64,000 bases of DNA from a virus. Below, piece after piece: positions 28,168 through 36,801 of this stretch; position 1 is the stretch's first letter; each line of letters begins with the position of its first letter. Both the position numbers and the translations under genes were made by a program. The stretch is from the IMG/VR virus record IMGVR_UViG_3300034095_000847; one strand, 5' to 3'. The notes below the pieces were generated by a model. It was not told the origin of the DNA. It saw nothing but the letters and a program-made list of their open reading frames with translations, and made no database searches.

Positions 28168-29322
28168 ATGAGTATAACAACCAAAAAAATAGACAAATCA
28201 GACTCTTTTGTTGAGAGTAAAAAAGCAAAAGCTGAAAAAAGACGGGACAAGGTTCGTAGTATTGAAGCTAAATTTAAAGGTGGAGATGAGCCTTCTACAG
28301 ATCCTTTCAATTATAAAATGTCACTGGTTCATGTAACTAATTGGTATAATCTTAATATAGACTTTAAGCAAGCTAGAACATATATTCATGAATATCTTAT
28401 CTCAACTGAAAGAAAGAAATTAGTCCCTACTATTAATAAAGCTTCTGATTCGGAAATAAGATCTCTCGGTGTTTTATGTCGTTTAAAACTTAGAGAAGAA
28501 TATCTCGAAGATGTACATTCAAATTATATTGAAGATACAATTAAAAGGTTGATTGAGATTTACAGTTTAGTTAAAGAACCAGACATTTTAGTTACTACTA
28601 AAGTAGAACCTAAGATTAAAGTAGATAAAACCCATGAATTAGCAATTCAGTATTCTGAAGATATTGAAGGTGCTATCGATGATTTTGTCAAAAATAAAAA
28701 ATCTGATTTTGATATTACAAGTTATTTAAAAGCTCGTGAAATCACCGGTCCTGTAGCTAAAGATATAGGTTCATATTATAATGAACTATTAAAAGAACTT
28801 GAAGAAGTAGAGACTGATTTAGATCTTCAAGAAGGATATAGTAATTTCACAAAAGCTCAATTAAAGAAGTTTATTACATTTGTTTCTTCTATAGTTAATG
28901 GATGCAATCAACGTATAGTTTCAGCAAAGGTATCTAAACCTAGAGTTAAGAAACCTATACCTCTAAATAAAATTATTGCAAAGGTTAAGTATCTTAAAGA
29001 GTTTGGTGATCTTAAACTAAAATCTATTTCACCTACATCCTTAGTTGATAGTAATGAAATATGGACTTATAATACTAAGTACAGAAAACTTGCGGTATAC
29101 AAAGCAGTTAAAGATACTAAATTGACTATTAAAGGTACAGCAATTCTTGGTTTTGATATAACTGAATCTATACAAATTATGCTTAGGAAACCGGAGGAAT
29201 TCTTTAATAATACTGCAATAGCAAAGAAAACTTTAAGTGCTGGTGTAAAAACAGTTAATGCAAAAACAGTAACACCAAATGGCAGGTTGAATGAAGACAC
29301 AATATTATTGGGAGCATTCTGA
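28168..29322 (+). CDS. Conserved T4-like hypothetical protein
   Basis: C-terminal WTYNTKYRKL...KGT.I.GF...LRKPEE...NGRLNEDTILL; precedes rnh. Confidence 0.7.
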   Translation: MSITTKKIDKSDSFVESKKAKAEKRRDKVRSIEAKFKGGDEPSTDPFNYKMSLVHVTNWYNLNIDFKQARTYIHEYLISTERKKLVPTINKASDSEIRSLGVLCRLKLREEYLEDVHSNYIEDTIKRLIEIYSLVKEPDILVTTKVEPKIKVDKTHELAIQYSEDIEGAIDDFVKNKKSDFDITSYLKAREITGPVAKDIGSYYNELLKELEEVETDLDLQEGYSNFTKAQLKKFITFVSSIVNGCNQRIVSAKVSKPRVKKPIPLNKIIAKVKYLKEFGDLKLKSISPTSLVDSNEIWTYNTKYRKLAVYKAVKDTKLTIKGTAILGFDITESIQIMLRKPEEFFNNTAIAKKTLSAGVKTVNAKTVTPNGRLNEDTILLGAF

Positions 29323-30224
29323 TGATTATATTAGATTATTCGCAGATAGCAATGTCTGTTATAACAAACAGTGAATTCAAACCATTATTGGTTAGTGGTG
29401 ATGAAACCCAAGTTAAGAATATTGTAAGACATGCTATATTGAATACTATATTATCTTATAAAAATAAGTATAGTAAAGAATATGGCCAAGTTGTAATAGC
29501 AGCAGATGGTAGAAACTATTGGCGTAAAGAAGTATTTCCTTACTATAAAGGAGATAGAAAGAAAAGTCGTGAAAAGTCTGACTTGAACTGGAAACTAATA
29601 TTTGATTGTATGACTAGTATCCGTGAGGATATTAAAGAATATTTTCCATACAAAGTTATGCATATTGATAGAGCAGAAGCAGATGATATAATTGCAATAC
29701 TATCTGAATGGTCTCAAACAAATGAACTAGCATCTACAGGTTTATTTGAGGAACCACAGAAAATAATGATTATTAGTTCTGATCATGACTTTTTACAATT
29801 ACAGAAATGGGATAACATTTATCAGTTTTCTCCTATAATTAAAAAGCAGTTAAAGATGTCAAAGCGAGATCTTTATGAAAAGTATATCACCCATATTGTA
29901 AAGGCTTCTGATGACGGTATACCAAATATACTAAGTGATGATTCTGCCATAGTCACAGAAGGTGTAAGACAAACCCCAGTTTCAGCAAAACGTCTTGCAG
30001 AATTTATCGAATTAGGAAAAGCGGCATGCAAAAATGATACTGAGATAAGAAACTGGGATAGAAATGAACAATTGATATCATTTGAAAAGATTCCTGTTGA
30101 TATAAGAGAAACTATTATCGATGAATATATAAACTGTAAACCCAAAATGGATCGAATGCGAATAATGAATTATCTTATCCAAAATAGATGCAAATTACTA
30201 TTAGACAAAATTGAGGAATTTTAG
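29322..30224 (+). CDS. rnh: RNase H / 5'-3' exonuclease (FEN fold)
   Basis: ILDYSQ, YWRK..F..YK..R, EADDII, SSDHDFLQL, DDGIPN. Confidence 0.93.
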   Translation: MIILDYSQIAMSVITNSEFKPLLVSGDETQVKNIVRHAILNTILSYKNKYSKEYGQVVIAADGRNYWRKEVFPYYKGDRKKSREKSDLNWKLIFDCMTSIREDIKEYFPYKVMHIDRAEADDIIAILSEWSQTNELASTGLFEEPQKIMIISSDHDFLQLQKWDNIYQFSPIIKKQLKMSKRDLYEKYITHIVKASDDGIPNILSDDSAIVTEGVRQTPVSAKRLAEFIELGKAACKNDTEIRNWDRNEQLISFEKIPVDIRETIIDEYINCKPKMDRMRIMNYLIQNRCKLLLDKIEEF

Positions 30225-30697
30225 TGAGTAAATATTTAACAGAAATATTAGATGAAATTAATACTGATGCTTCAGCATTAATGAAATATAGAGAAAATGG
30301 GGCGTTAAGATTATTGTTTGAATATGCGTATGACCCAGCAAAACGGATGGTATTACCTGAAGGAGTTCCTCCATATAAAGAAGATGTGGCTCCAATTGGT
30401 ATGACTCCAGGCAATTTAATGATGGAAGTAAAGAAGTTATATATCTTTTGTCGTACTGATTTAACAGCATTACGTAGAGAATCTATCTTTGTCCAATTAT
30501 TAGAAGGATTACATCCTACAGAAGCAAAGTTAATTCTTGCTATTAAAGAACAAGATTTGACTCCATTATACAAAAATTTAAGTCATAAATTTGCATTTGA
30601 TAATGGATTAGTTTCTATGGCGCCTGTGGAAAAGGTGAAAAAAGAAAGAAAAAAGTCGGTGAAGACTGGTCAAAAGGACTTGCCAGAAAGCGAATAA
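30224..30697 (+). CDS. Conserved hypothetical protein
   Basis: LPEG.PPY, RRE.IF.QLLEGLHP.EA pattern. Confidence 0.7.
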   Translation: MSKYLTEILDEINTDASALMKYRENGALRLLFEYAYDPAKRMVLPEGVPPYKEDVAPIGMTPGNLMMEVKKLYIFCRTDLTALRRESIFVQLLEGLHPTEAKLILAIKEQDLTPLYKNLSHKFAFDNGLVSMAPVEKVKKERKKSVKTGQKDLPESE

Positions 30698-30712
30698 AAG
30701 ATATAAAAAGTG

Positions 30713-30787
30713 AAAATAAATGTTTACTTTTTCTGAAAACTGTATATAATAGACTCATAAATTAAATAAATGAGGAATTATATTATG
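30713..30787 (+). promoter_or_regulatory. PeSL-like early promoter cassette
   Basis: Same consensus as the other copies. Confidence 0.85.
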
Positions 30788-31030
30788 AGAACAGAAAATT
30801 ATGTTATGACAATAGATCCTAAATCTACTGTTGAAATGGAACAATTAGCAACTATTAGAGCAGTAGTTAAAACATTTAATAAGATTAATAAAGAATCTTA
30901 TAGAGTATGTGTTAAGGGTAGACTTGGAAAGAACAATCCGGCATATCCTAAATATAGAAATAGAAGTTGTATAAATGTAAGTTTAGCAGATGCTGTTCGT
31001 TGTGATATCTATATTCATAGAAGATCATAA
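30785..31030 (+). CDS. Early hypothetical protein
   Basis: ATG after the cassette SD; KGRLGKNNP. Confidence 0.6.
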   Translation: MRTENYVMTIDPKSTVEMEQLATIRAVVKTFNKINKESYRVCVKGRLGKNNPAYPKYRNRSCINVSLADAVRCDIYIHRRS

Positions 31031-31044
31031 TAAATTTTATAAAT

Positions 31045-31119
31045 GCTCCCTAAGCATAAGTGGCGATGCAGTTGACTTGTAATCATCATAAATCGGTTCG
31101 ATTCCGGTAGGGAGCTCCA
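31045..31119 (+). tRNA. tRNA-Thr(TGT)
   Basis: GCTCCCT/AGGGAGC acceptor stem, loop CTTGTAA, GGTTCGATTCC T arm, encoded CCA. Confidence 0.9.
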
Positions 31120-31124
31120 AATTA

Positions 31125-31225
31125 ATCGTTTGTGAAGTTTTTAAACGAAAGTAAAACACTACAGAGGTCGGGAGATACACTCTGATTAATGGTGCAGTAA
31201 AAGTCTGTGATATCTCCCCCTAATT
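31125..31225 (+). ncRNA. Structured ncRNA unit A (pseudoknot motif)
   Basis: TCGTTT/AAACGA stem; GGAGATA/TATCTCC stem; first 47 nt repeated exactly at 31472. Confidence 0.5.
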
Positions 31226-31230
31226 ATTAT

Positions 31231-31305
31231 AAAATAAATGTTTACTTTTAGCAATAAGTAGTTTATAATAACATATAAATTAAATTATTGAGAGAATATA
31301 TTATG
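31231..31305 (+). promoter_or_regulatory. Degenerate PeSL-like cassette
   Basis: GTTTAC..TATAAT..AAATTAAATTATTGAG..TATATTATG. Confidence 0.7.
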
Positions 31306-31467
31306 ACTGAAGTGAAATATGTTTATAAGGTAATGTGGTATGACGATTCCTGGATGGAAGAACCAAGGGTGGTGACCACTTGTGAAGATGAACAGACAGC
31401 GTACAACTTCATAGAGTGGAAGTATGAATCCGAATTCCATTATATTGAAAGAGAAATTGTTGAATAG
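31303..31467 (+). CDS. Small early hypothetical protein (54 aa, not in track)
   Basis: MTEVKYVYKVMWY...; follows the cassette. Confidence 0.6.
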   Translation: MTEVKYVYKVMWYDDSWMEEPRVVTTCEDEQTAYNFIEWKYESEFHYIEREIVE

Positions 31468-31471
31468 ATTT

Positions 31472-31565
31472 ATCGTTTGTGAAGTTTTTAAACGAAAGTA
31501 AAACACTACAGAGGTCGGTGCTGGAACAATGGTGGGGTAAGAGTCCCTAAATATGTCCCTAATTA
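31472..31565 (+). ncRNA. Structured ncRNA unit B
   Basis: 47-nt repeat of unit A plus a block shared with unit C. Confidence 0.5.
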
Positions 31566-31575
31566 AAAAGAATTA

Positions 31576-31672
31576 ATCGGAGTAATTACCCGAAAAGTAA
31601 GCACTGCCAATAGTAGAAGGCGAATCTACTGGAACAACGGTGGGGTAAGAGTCCCTAATTACGCACCTAATT
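31576..31672 (+). ncRNA. Structured ncRNA unit C
   Basis: TCGG/CCGA stem, GTAGA/TCTAC hairpin, CTGGAACAAYGGTGGGGTAAGAGTCCC shared with unit B. Confidence 0.5.
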
Positions 31673-31673
31673 T

Positions 31674-31731
31674 TCGCCATCTGCCAAGTAGGCTCCCGTA
31701 TGGGGAATGAGTGTTCAAACCACTCTGGTGA
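31674..31731 (+). ncRNA. tRNA-like RNA without a canonical anticodon loop
   Basis: TCGCCA/TGGTGA closing stem, GAGTG-TTCAAAC-CACTC T arm, short TCCC/GGGA arm. Confidence 0.45.
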
Positions 31732-31785
31732 TAACTTCAATGCCGAAAGAAGTAGTGCTGCGGATTCGCAGTACAAGACGGCACT

Positions 31786-31877
31786 TTTAATAAAACACAT
31801 TAATCGAGTTTATATAAATTCGCTTACTCGTTAAGAATAGAGGCGACTAAAACTATTCTATAGTGTGTTTTATTAAA
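31786..31877 (+). ncRNA. Three-way-junction RNA with potential kissing loops
   Basis: 14-bp closing stem, two internal hairpins with complementary loop segments. Confidence 0.5.
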
Positions 31878-31960
31878 TATTGCGGGATTAGTTTAATTGA
31901 TGTACCAGTGGTACAACCAAGTATCCGTATCGTCCGGATAATAATAGACGACCAATTTAT

Positions 31961-32034
31961 GCGGGATTCGTAAAATGGTATTACCCTAGTTTTCCAAACT
32001 AGAGTCATCGGTTCGATTCCGTTATCCCGCTCCA
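31961..32034 (+). tRNA. tRNA-Gly(TCC)
   Basis: GCGGGAT/ATCCCGC acceptor, CTAGT-TTTCCAA-ACTAG anticodon arm, GGTTCGATTCC, CCA. Confidence 0.92.
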
Positions 32035-32055
32035 TTTTATATTAATAGGTGAATT

Positions 32056-32229
32056 ATGCAACATATACAATATATAACATCAATTATCGCATTATGCGGT
32101 TTGATTGCTGTATCAGTTTATACAGTAAACCACGAAGACACTGTTAAGATGGAAATAGCAGCAAAATCTGGATTAATACAATGTCGTGAAGGGTCATTCG
32201 TATTATGGAAGAAAGAGTGTACTAAATAA
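32056..32229 (+). CDS. Small membrane-anchored protein (57 aa)
   Basis: AGGTG SD, N-terminal TM. Confidence 0.55.
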   Translation: MQHIQYITSIIALCGLIAVSVYTVNHEDTVKMEIAAKSGLIQCREGSFVLWKKECTK

Positions 32230-32254
32230 TTTTAATTAATAAAAGGAAAGTGAA

Positions 32255-32524
32255 ATGAGTGAAGTTACACCAATTAGAAAACAAGTATTGATTGCCCAAA
32301 TAGCAAGAAAAACTGTATCAACCGGTGGTATTATTATTGAAGGCGCTAGATCGGTAGCTGATAATGAAACAGGCAGAGTATTAGCAATTGGTTCAGAAGT
32401 TACTGAAGTTGCAGTTGGAGATGAAATATTATTAGATTGGTCTAAAGGTAATCCTGTTACTATTAATGGTGAACAAAGAGTAATGATTAAAGAAGAATTC
32501 ATTATTGCTGTATTAGACAGATAA
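32255..32524 (+). CDS. groES: Co-chaperonin GroES (gp31 functional analogue)
   Basis: P....VL, TGGIII mobile loop, G.VLAIG..V..V.VGD, E..IIAV. Confidence 0.85.
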   Translation: MSEVTPIRKQVLIAQIARKTVSTGGIIIEGARSVADNETGRVLAIGSEVTEVAVGDEILLDWSKGNPVTINGEQRVMIKEEFIIAVLDR

Positions 32525-32530
32525 TATATT

Positions 32531-33064
32531 ATGAAAAAAGAATTGTTAATTGGGTGTGGAAGTAAATTAATTAAACAATTATCAACTACAGAAGATAAAC
32601 AATGGAATAATCTTACAACGTTAGATATAAATCCAGATCATAATCCAGATATTATATGGGATTTAGAAGAACTTCCTTTGCCTTTTGAAGATGAAACATT
32701 TGATGAGATTCATGCATATGAAGTTTTAGAACATATTGGTAGACAAGGAGACTATAAGTTTTTCTTTGCACAATTTGCAGAGTTTTATAGAATATTAAAA
32801 CCAAATGGTTTAATTCATGCAACTGTTCCTCATTGGCAATCAAATTGGGCTTGGGGAGATCCATCACATACTAGAACTATTCAATTAGAAACACTAACAT
32901 TTTTAAATCAACAGGAATATATAAACCAAATTGGTAAAACTTCAATGTCTGACTTTAGATACATATATAAAGCAGATTTTAATCTTGCCGCATATGATAT
33001 TAAAGATGGTAACTTTGCTTTTGTTTTACAAACAGTTAAACCGTCACGAATTGAGAATAAATAA
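32531..33064 (+). CDS. Class I SAM-dependent methyltransferase
   Basis: LIGCG, LPF.DETFDEI.AYEVLEH, RILKPNG, DPSH. Confidence 0.85.
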   Translation: MKKELLIGCGSKLIKQLSTTEDKQWNNLTTLDINPDHNPDIIWDLEELPLPFEDETFDEIHAYEVLEHIGRQGDYKFFFAQFAEFYRILKPNGLIHATVPHWQSNWAWGDPSHTRTIQLETLTFLNQQEYINQIGKTSMSDFRYIYKADFNLAAYDIKDGNFAFVLQTVKPSRIENK

Positions 33065-33894
33065 TGGATATTGAATTAAGTAAAGAAACTCTCGGTGGTA
33101 AAAGTCTATTAGTTGGTACTCCAATGTATGGTGGTCAATGCTATCATGAGTATCTACATGCTTTATTAGAACTGCAACATTTATGTTTACAGTATGAAAT
33201 TCCTATTAAACTAATTAGTACATCTAATATTAGTTTAGTACAAGAAGCACGTAATCATATTGTTAATCAATTCTTGGAAACTGAATTTACACACTTATTG
33301 TTTATTGACGCTGACGTAGGTTTTAAGGCAATTGAAGTAATTGCTATGTTGGCTACAGGCAAACAAGTTATTGGTGGAGCATATCCAAGGAAACTTATTA
33401 ATTGGAACAATATAAAAGATGTTATATTAAAGAATCCTGATATTGATCCAAGTTTATTACCATCTGTAACAGGTTCATTTCCTATTATTCCTGTAGATAC
33501 AAATGCTGAATATAGTTCTGCCAATATTATGAAAGTAAAGGGAACCGGAACAGGTTTAATGATTATTGAACGAGATGTATTTAAACAATTCCGTGAGTCT
33601 TATCCAGATTATTATTATTCACCTGATGTAGATTCCTATCAATTAAAGGGCGAAGCAAAACAGATTCAATTGTCTTATTCATATTTCAATGTAGGTATTA
33701 CTGAAGTAGAAGATGGAGGAATTGTTCAAAAAGTAAATATGGGAGAAGATTATAAATTCTGTTATATGTGTAGAAAAATAGGTATTGATATTTGGTATGC
33801 TCCATTTACTAATACCACACATACAGGAACTTATGCATTTTCAGGTAGTATTGGGGCATTAGCAAAATACTCTAATGGAGGATTAGTAAACTAA
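33064..33894 (+). CDS. GT-A fold glycosyltransferase-like protein
   Basis: TPMYGG, ARN, LLFIDAD, GTG.M.I.R, GEDY.FC, HTG. Confidence 0.75.
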   Translation: MDIELSKETLGGKSLLVGTPMYGGQCYHEYLHALLELQHLCLQYEIPIKLISTSNISLVQEARNHIVNQFLETEFTHLLFIDADVGFKAIEVIAMLATGKQVIGGAYPRKLINWNNIKDVILKNPDIDPSLLPSVTGSFPIIPVDTNAEYSSANIMKVKGTGTGLMIIERDVFKQFRESYPDYYYSPDVDSYQLKGEAKQIQLSYSYFNVGITEVEDGGIVQKVNMGEDYKFCYMCRKIGIDIWYAPFTNTTHTGTYAFSGSIGALAKYSNGGLVN

Positions 33895-34050
33895 ATGAGT
33901 AGTTGGAAAGGCGGTAAAGGTAGTAAACCAAGACCAATTTCAGACAGAAAGAAGTTTGATGATAATTGGGATGCTATTTTTAACAAGAAAAAACAAGATG
34001 ATTCTAAAACAAAAGAAGAGGTGAAAGATGGCGACAACAGCAATGATTAA
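33895..34050 (+). CDS. Small conserved phage protein
   Basis: GGKGSKPRP...FDDNWDAIF. Confidence 0.6.
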   Translation: MSSWKGGKGSKPRPISDRKKFDDNWDAIFNKKKQDDSKTKEEVKDGDNSND

Positions 34051-34175
34051 AAAATGTGTTTGCAAAGATACTCCTGCGGCAAAATTCCAAGATAAAGAAT
34101 ATGGTCAAGGAAACAGAGTTTGTAATGAAGACCAGAAGAAAGGTTATAAATGCACTGTTTGTGGAACTAATCATA

Positions 34176-34250
34176 AATAAAACGTTTACATTCCCTAAAA
34201 CTATGATATAATAAACTCATAAATTAATTATTGAGGAATATTATATCATG
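34176..34250 (+). promoter_or_regulatory. PeSL-like early promoter cassette
   Basis: Consensus match. Confidence 0.85.
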
Positions 34251-34526
34251 AATAAAGTAGTACAAGTAAGACTTCAAAAAATATCAGAATTTGGCGGCTG
34301 GGTAGGAATGATTCTTATCCAGTCCTCAACCATCCCAGTTTCAATAAGTATCATTCGTGGTAATGTTGAAAGAATACCTCCTATAGATATGACTATTATG
34401 ATATGGGTAGGATTGTTCTTATTCTTATTAAGAGCTATTGCTAATAAAGATTCGTTATACATAGTATCTAATTCAGTAGGATTCTTTTTTCAAACAATTC
34501 TATTAGTTCTTATAGCATATAAATAG
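34248..34526 (+). CDS. Three-TM membrane protein (PQ-loop/SemiSWEET-like)
   Basis: Three hydrophobic helices, GWVG..LI....P. Confidence 0.5.
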   Translation: MNKVVQVRLQKISEFGGWVGMILIQSSTIPVSISIIRGNVERIPPIDMTIMIWVGLFLFLLRAIANKDSLYIVSNSVGFFFQTILLVLIAYK

Positions 34527-34562
34527 TTTCTTCCTAGGAAACAGTCTATTTCATATTTGGTT

Positions 34563-34638
34563 AAAAATAAATGTTTACATTTACAGAAGCCATGATATAA
34601 TAGATACATAAATTAAACTAATGAGGAATTATATTATG
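34563..34638 (+). promoter_or_regulatory. PeSL-like early promoter cassette
   Basis: Consensus match. Confidence 0.85.
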
Positions 34639-36330
34639 AAATCAACTACACCTATCCAAGATCGTTTAGACAATGGATTTAAAATTATTGCAATTGCATC
34701 TTTAGATATAAGAAAACAACCTATAAATCGTGATGAAATTGAAAAAGAAGCAGTAAGAATCGAACGTTGTGTCGAACATTTTTATAAAATCGAAAACCAT
34801 GATCTTCAATATCCTGAATATGCTACCAATTTTCTAACAGAAAAATACCGTGATATTATCGAAGGTAAATATGATGGTGAATGGTTAAATGATATTAAAG
34901 ATGTAAATTATGTTGAAGAAACTTTTGGTGGTATAGAATGAATAAAGAAAAAGAGTTGTTGAAAAAGATTTTAGCCACAGGTTGGTTAAATCACGAGTTA
35001 AGTTGTGAAGTAGAAGAAATCCTCGCCCAGCAAGAAACGGAACAGGAATGGTATAGAAGAGGTTTAGAAAAAGGGTTCATTACAATAGAGTAATTACAAA
35101 GAATTGGAGGTAAGTAATGAGTGAAAATATTTCAACAACTTTAATGCAATGGAAATCAGATAAACAGATTAAAGCAGCAAAAAAGAAATCTGTTAAACAA
35201 TTAGTGAAAGATGGTTCTAGTCATAATCTGGCAAAGAAACTTGTTAATGAAGCCTACACCAGGATTAAAAATGAAAAGATATAATTGCAAGCATGGTCCG
35301 GTAGATATGATTGAAGAAGCAGATGGTTATTGGGTAACTTATGATGAATATAACCAAAGCATGCTTGATAATAATAAATTAGTTGAAAAATCTTGGAGAT
35401 CCAGAGATAGTTTAGCTATTGCGGATGGGATCAAAGAGGAAAAACTTCAAGATATTATTGTAGGTTTATCTATTGCATTGTTTGCCGCAGTTGTTACATT
35501 ATTGTTTATTTGGATGAGGAATTAATATGGATGTACCTGACAGGCCAATTTATGGGAATAGTTTCGGTGTAAATACCGGTGTTACTAATGTAACAACAAG
35601 TGCTTCTACGCTAGTTAAAAATAATATAGGTACAATAGGTCCAAATCAAAGAATAAATGATATTAAAGGTGAAATGTTTATCGTAGAACAACCGGAAAGT
35701 CATTTTATATTGCGTCCATATCAGTTATCTGGGGATGAAATTAAACTAGAATTGGCCCGAGATTTAGTAGATAAATTAATGAAAAGTAATTATATTGAAT
35801 TTACTAAACAAACTGATCCTCATGATATGTCATTAACCTATAGGGCAAGAATTTTTGCAGTACCTAATGATAATATTCAATCATTACGGGTGAATATAAA
35901 ATGAAAACTATAGCTTGGGTAAATGTTTTAGAACGAGATTTAGATACTGATGATGATTCTAAAGTTATTAACTCATATCCATTCCCAGAGGTAAATATTA
36001 AAGGTCATTGGTGTTTATCAATATGGCAATTAAGAGAGTTAATAGATAAAATGGAAGATGAAATTATGAAGGAATGTTATCATACAAGATTACATTTCAT
36101 AATGAATAGATGGCACCCAAAGAACTTTATCAATATAGAATTTAAAAATTGGAAATATGAGGACTAAATGCAAACCTATAGAGCACGGGATTTAACCAAA
36201 GGTCAAGTTATTTTAAAAAATAATGAACAACTTGTTATTGATAGAGTTGATATATCTAATCGTGGTAATATTCTAGTTTGGGTTAATAACAAGATTAACC
36301 AAGTTATCCATTATGATCCAATGGATATTG
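34636..36330 (+). other. Run of small early hypothetical ORFs (34636-34941, 35271-35525, 35527-35904, 35901-36167 and smaller)
   Basis: Tightly packed + strand ORFs with SDs; no recognisable motifs. Confidence 0.6.
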
Positions 36331-36337
36331 TTATTTT

Positions 36338-36414
36338 AAAATAAACGTTTACATTCTCAGAAACCATGATATAATAGACTCATAAATTAAATAAATGAGG
36401 AATATTATATCATG
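36338..36414 (+). promoter_or_regulatory. PeSL-like early promoter cassette
   Basis: Consensus match. Confidence 0.85.
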
Positions 36415-36693
36415 ATCAAAAAACCTACCGAATTACAATTCAACCTAATGACTAAGATAGTCGAAGATGATTTTACTAGTTTCAATGGTAATGCTAAAGC
36501 ATTAATTGAATCAAGTGAACCTATTTGCAGTGCTACTTGGACTTCCATGATCGTTGAATCAGCATCAGATAAAGGAACCTTAGCAAGTTTAATCAATGCT
36601 GATTTAGTTTGGCATGAAGGAGAAGGAAGAGATTCTCTAGTAGGATTAACTGATTCTGGTTTTTTAGTTATGAAACAATTTTACGGAGTATAA
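36412..36693 (+). CDS. Hypothetical protein, possible winged helix
   Basis: G.LASLI...LV....LT..G pattern. Confidence 0.5.
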   Translation: MIKKPTELQFNLMTKIVEDDFTSFNGNAKALIESSEPICSATWTSMIVESASDKGTLASLINADLVWHEGEGRDSLVGLTDSGFLVMKQFYGV

Positions 36694-36801
36694 TATGGAA
36701 ATTGAAAAAGTATTGAAAGGTGCATTCGTGTTATCAACTTTTATATGGTCTATGACGACTGTATTCTTATTGATATCAGTGTTATTTGGATTAGGAGTAT
36801 T

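Noticed and set aside
30770-30787. Shared N-terminal peptide MRNYIM/MRKLYIM in ORFs 27103, 30770, 34621 and 39713
   Set aside because: Artefact: the ATG lies within the cassette's ATGAGG stem/SD; true starts are the downstream ATGs
31573-32035. Minus-strand ORFs at 31573-31800 and 31853-32035
   Set aside because: They overlap tRNA-Gly and the structured ncRNAs on the + strand
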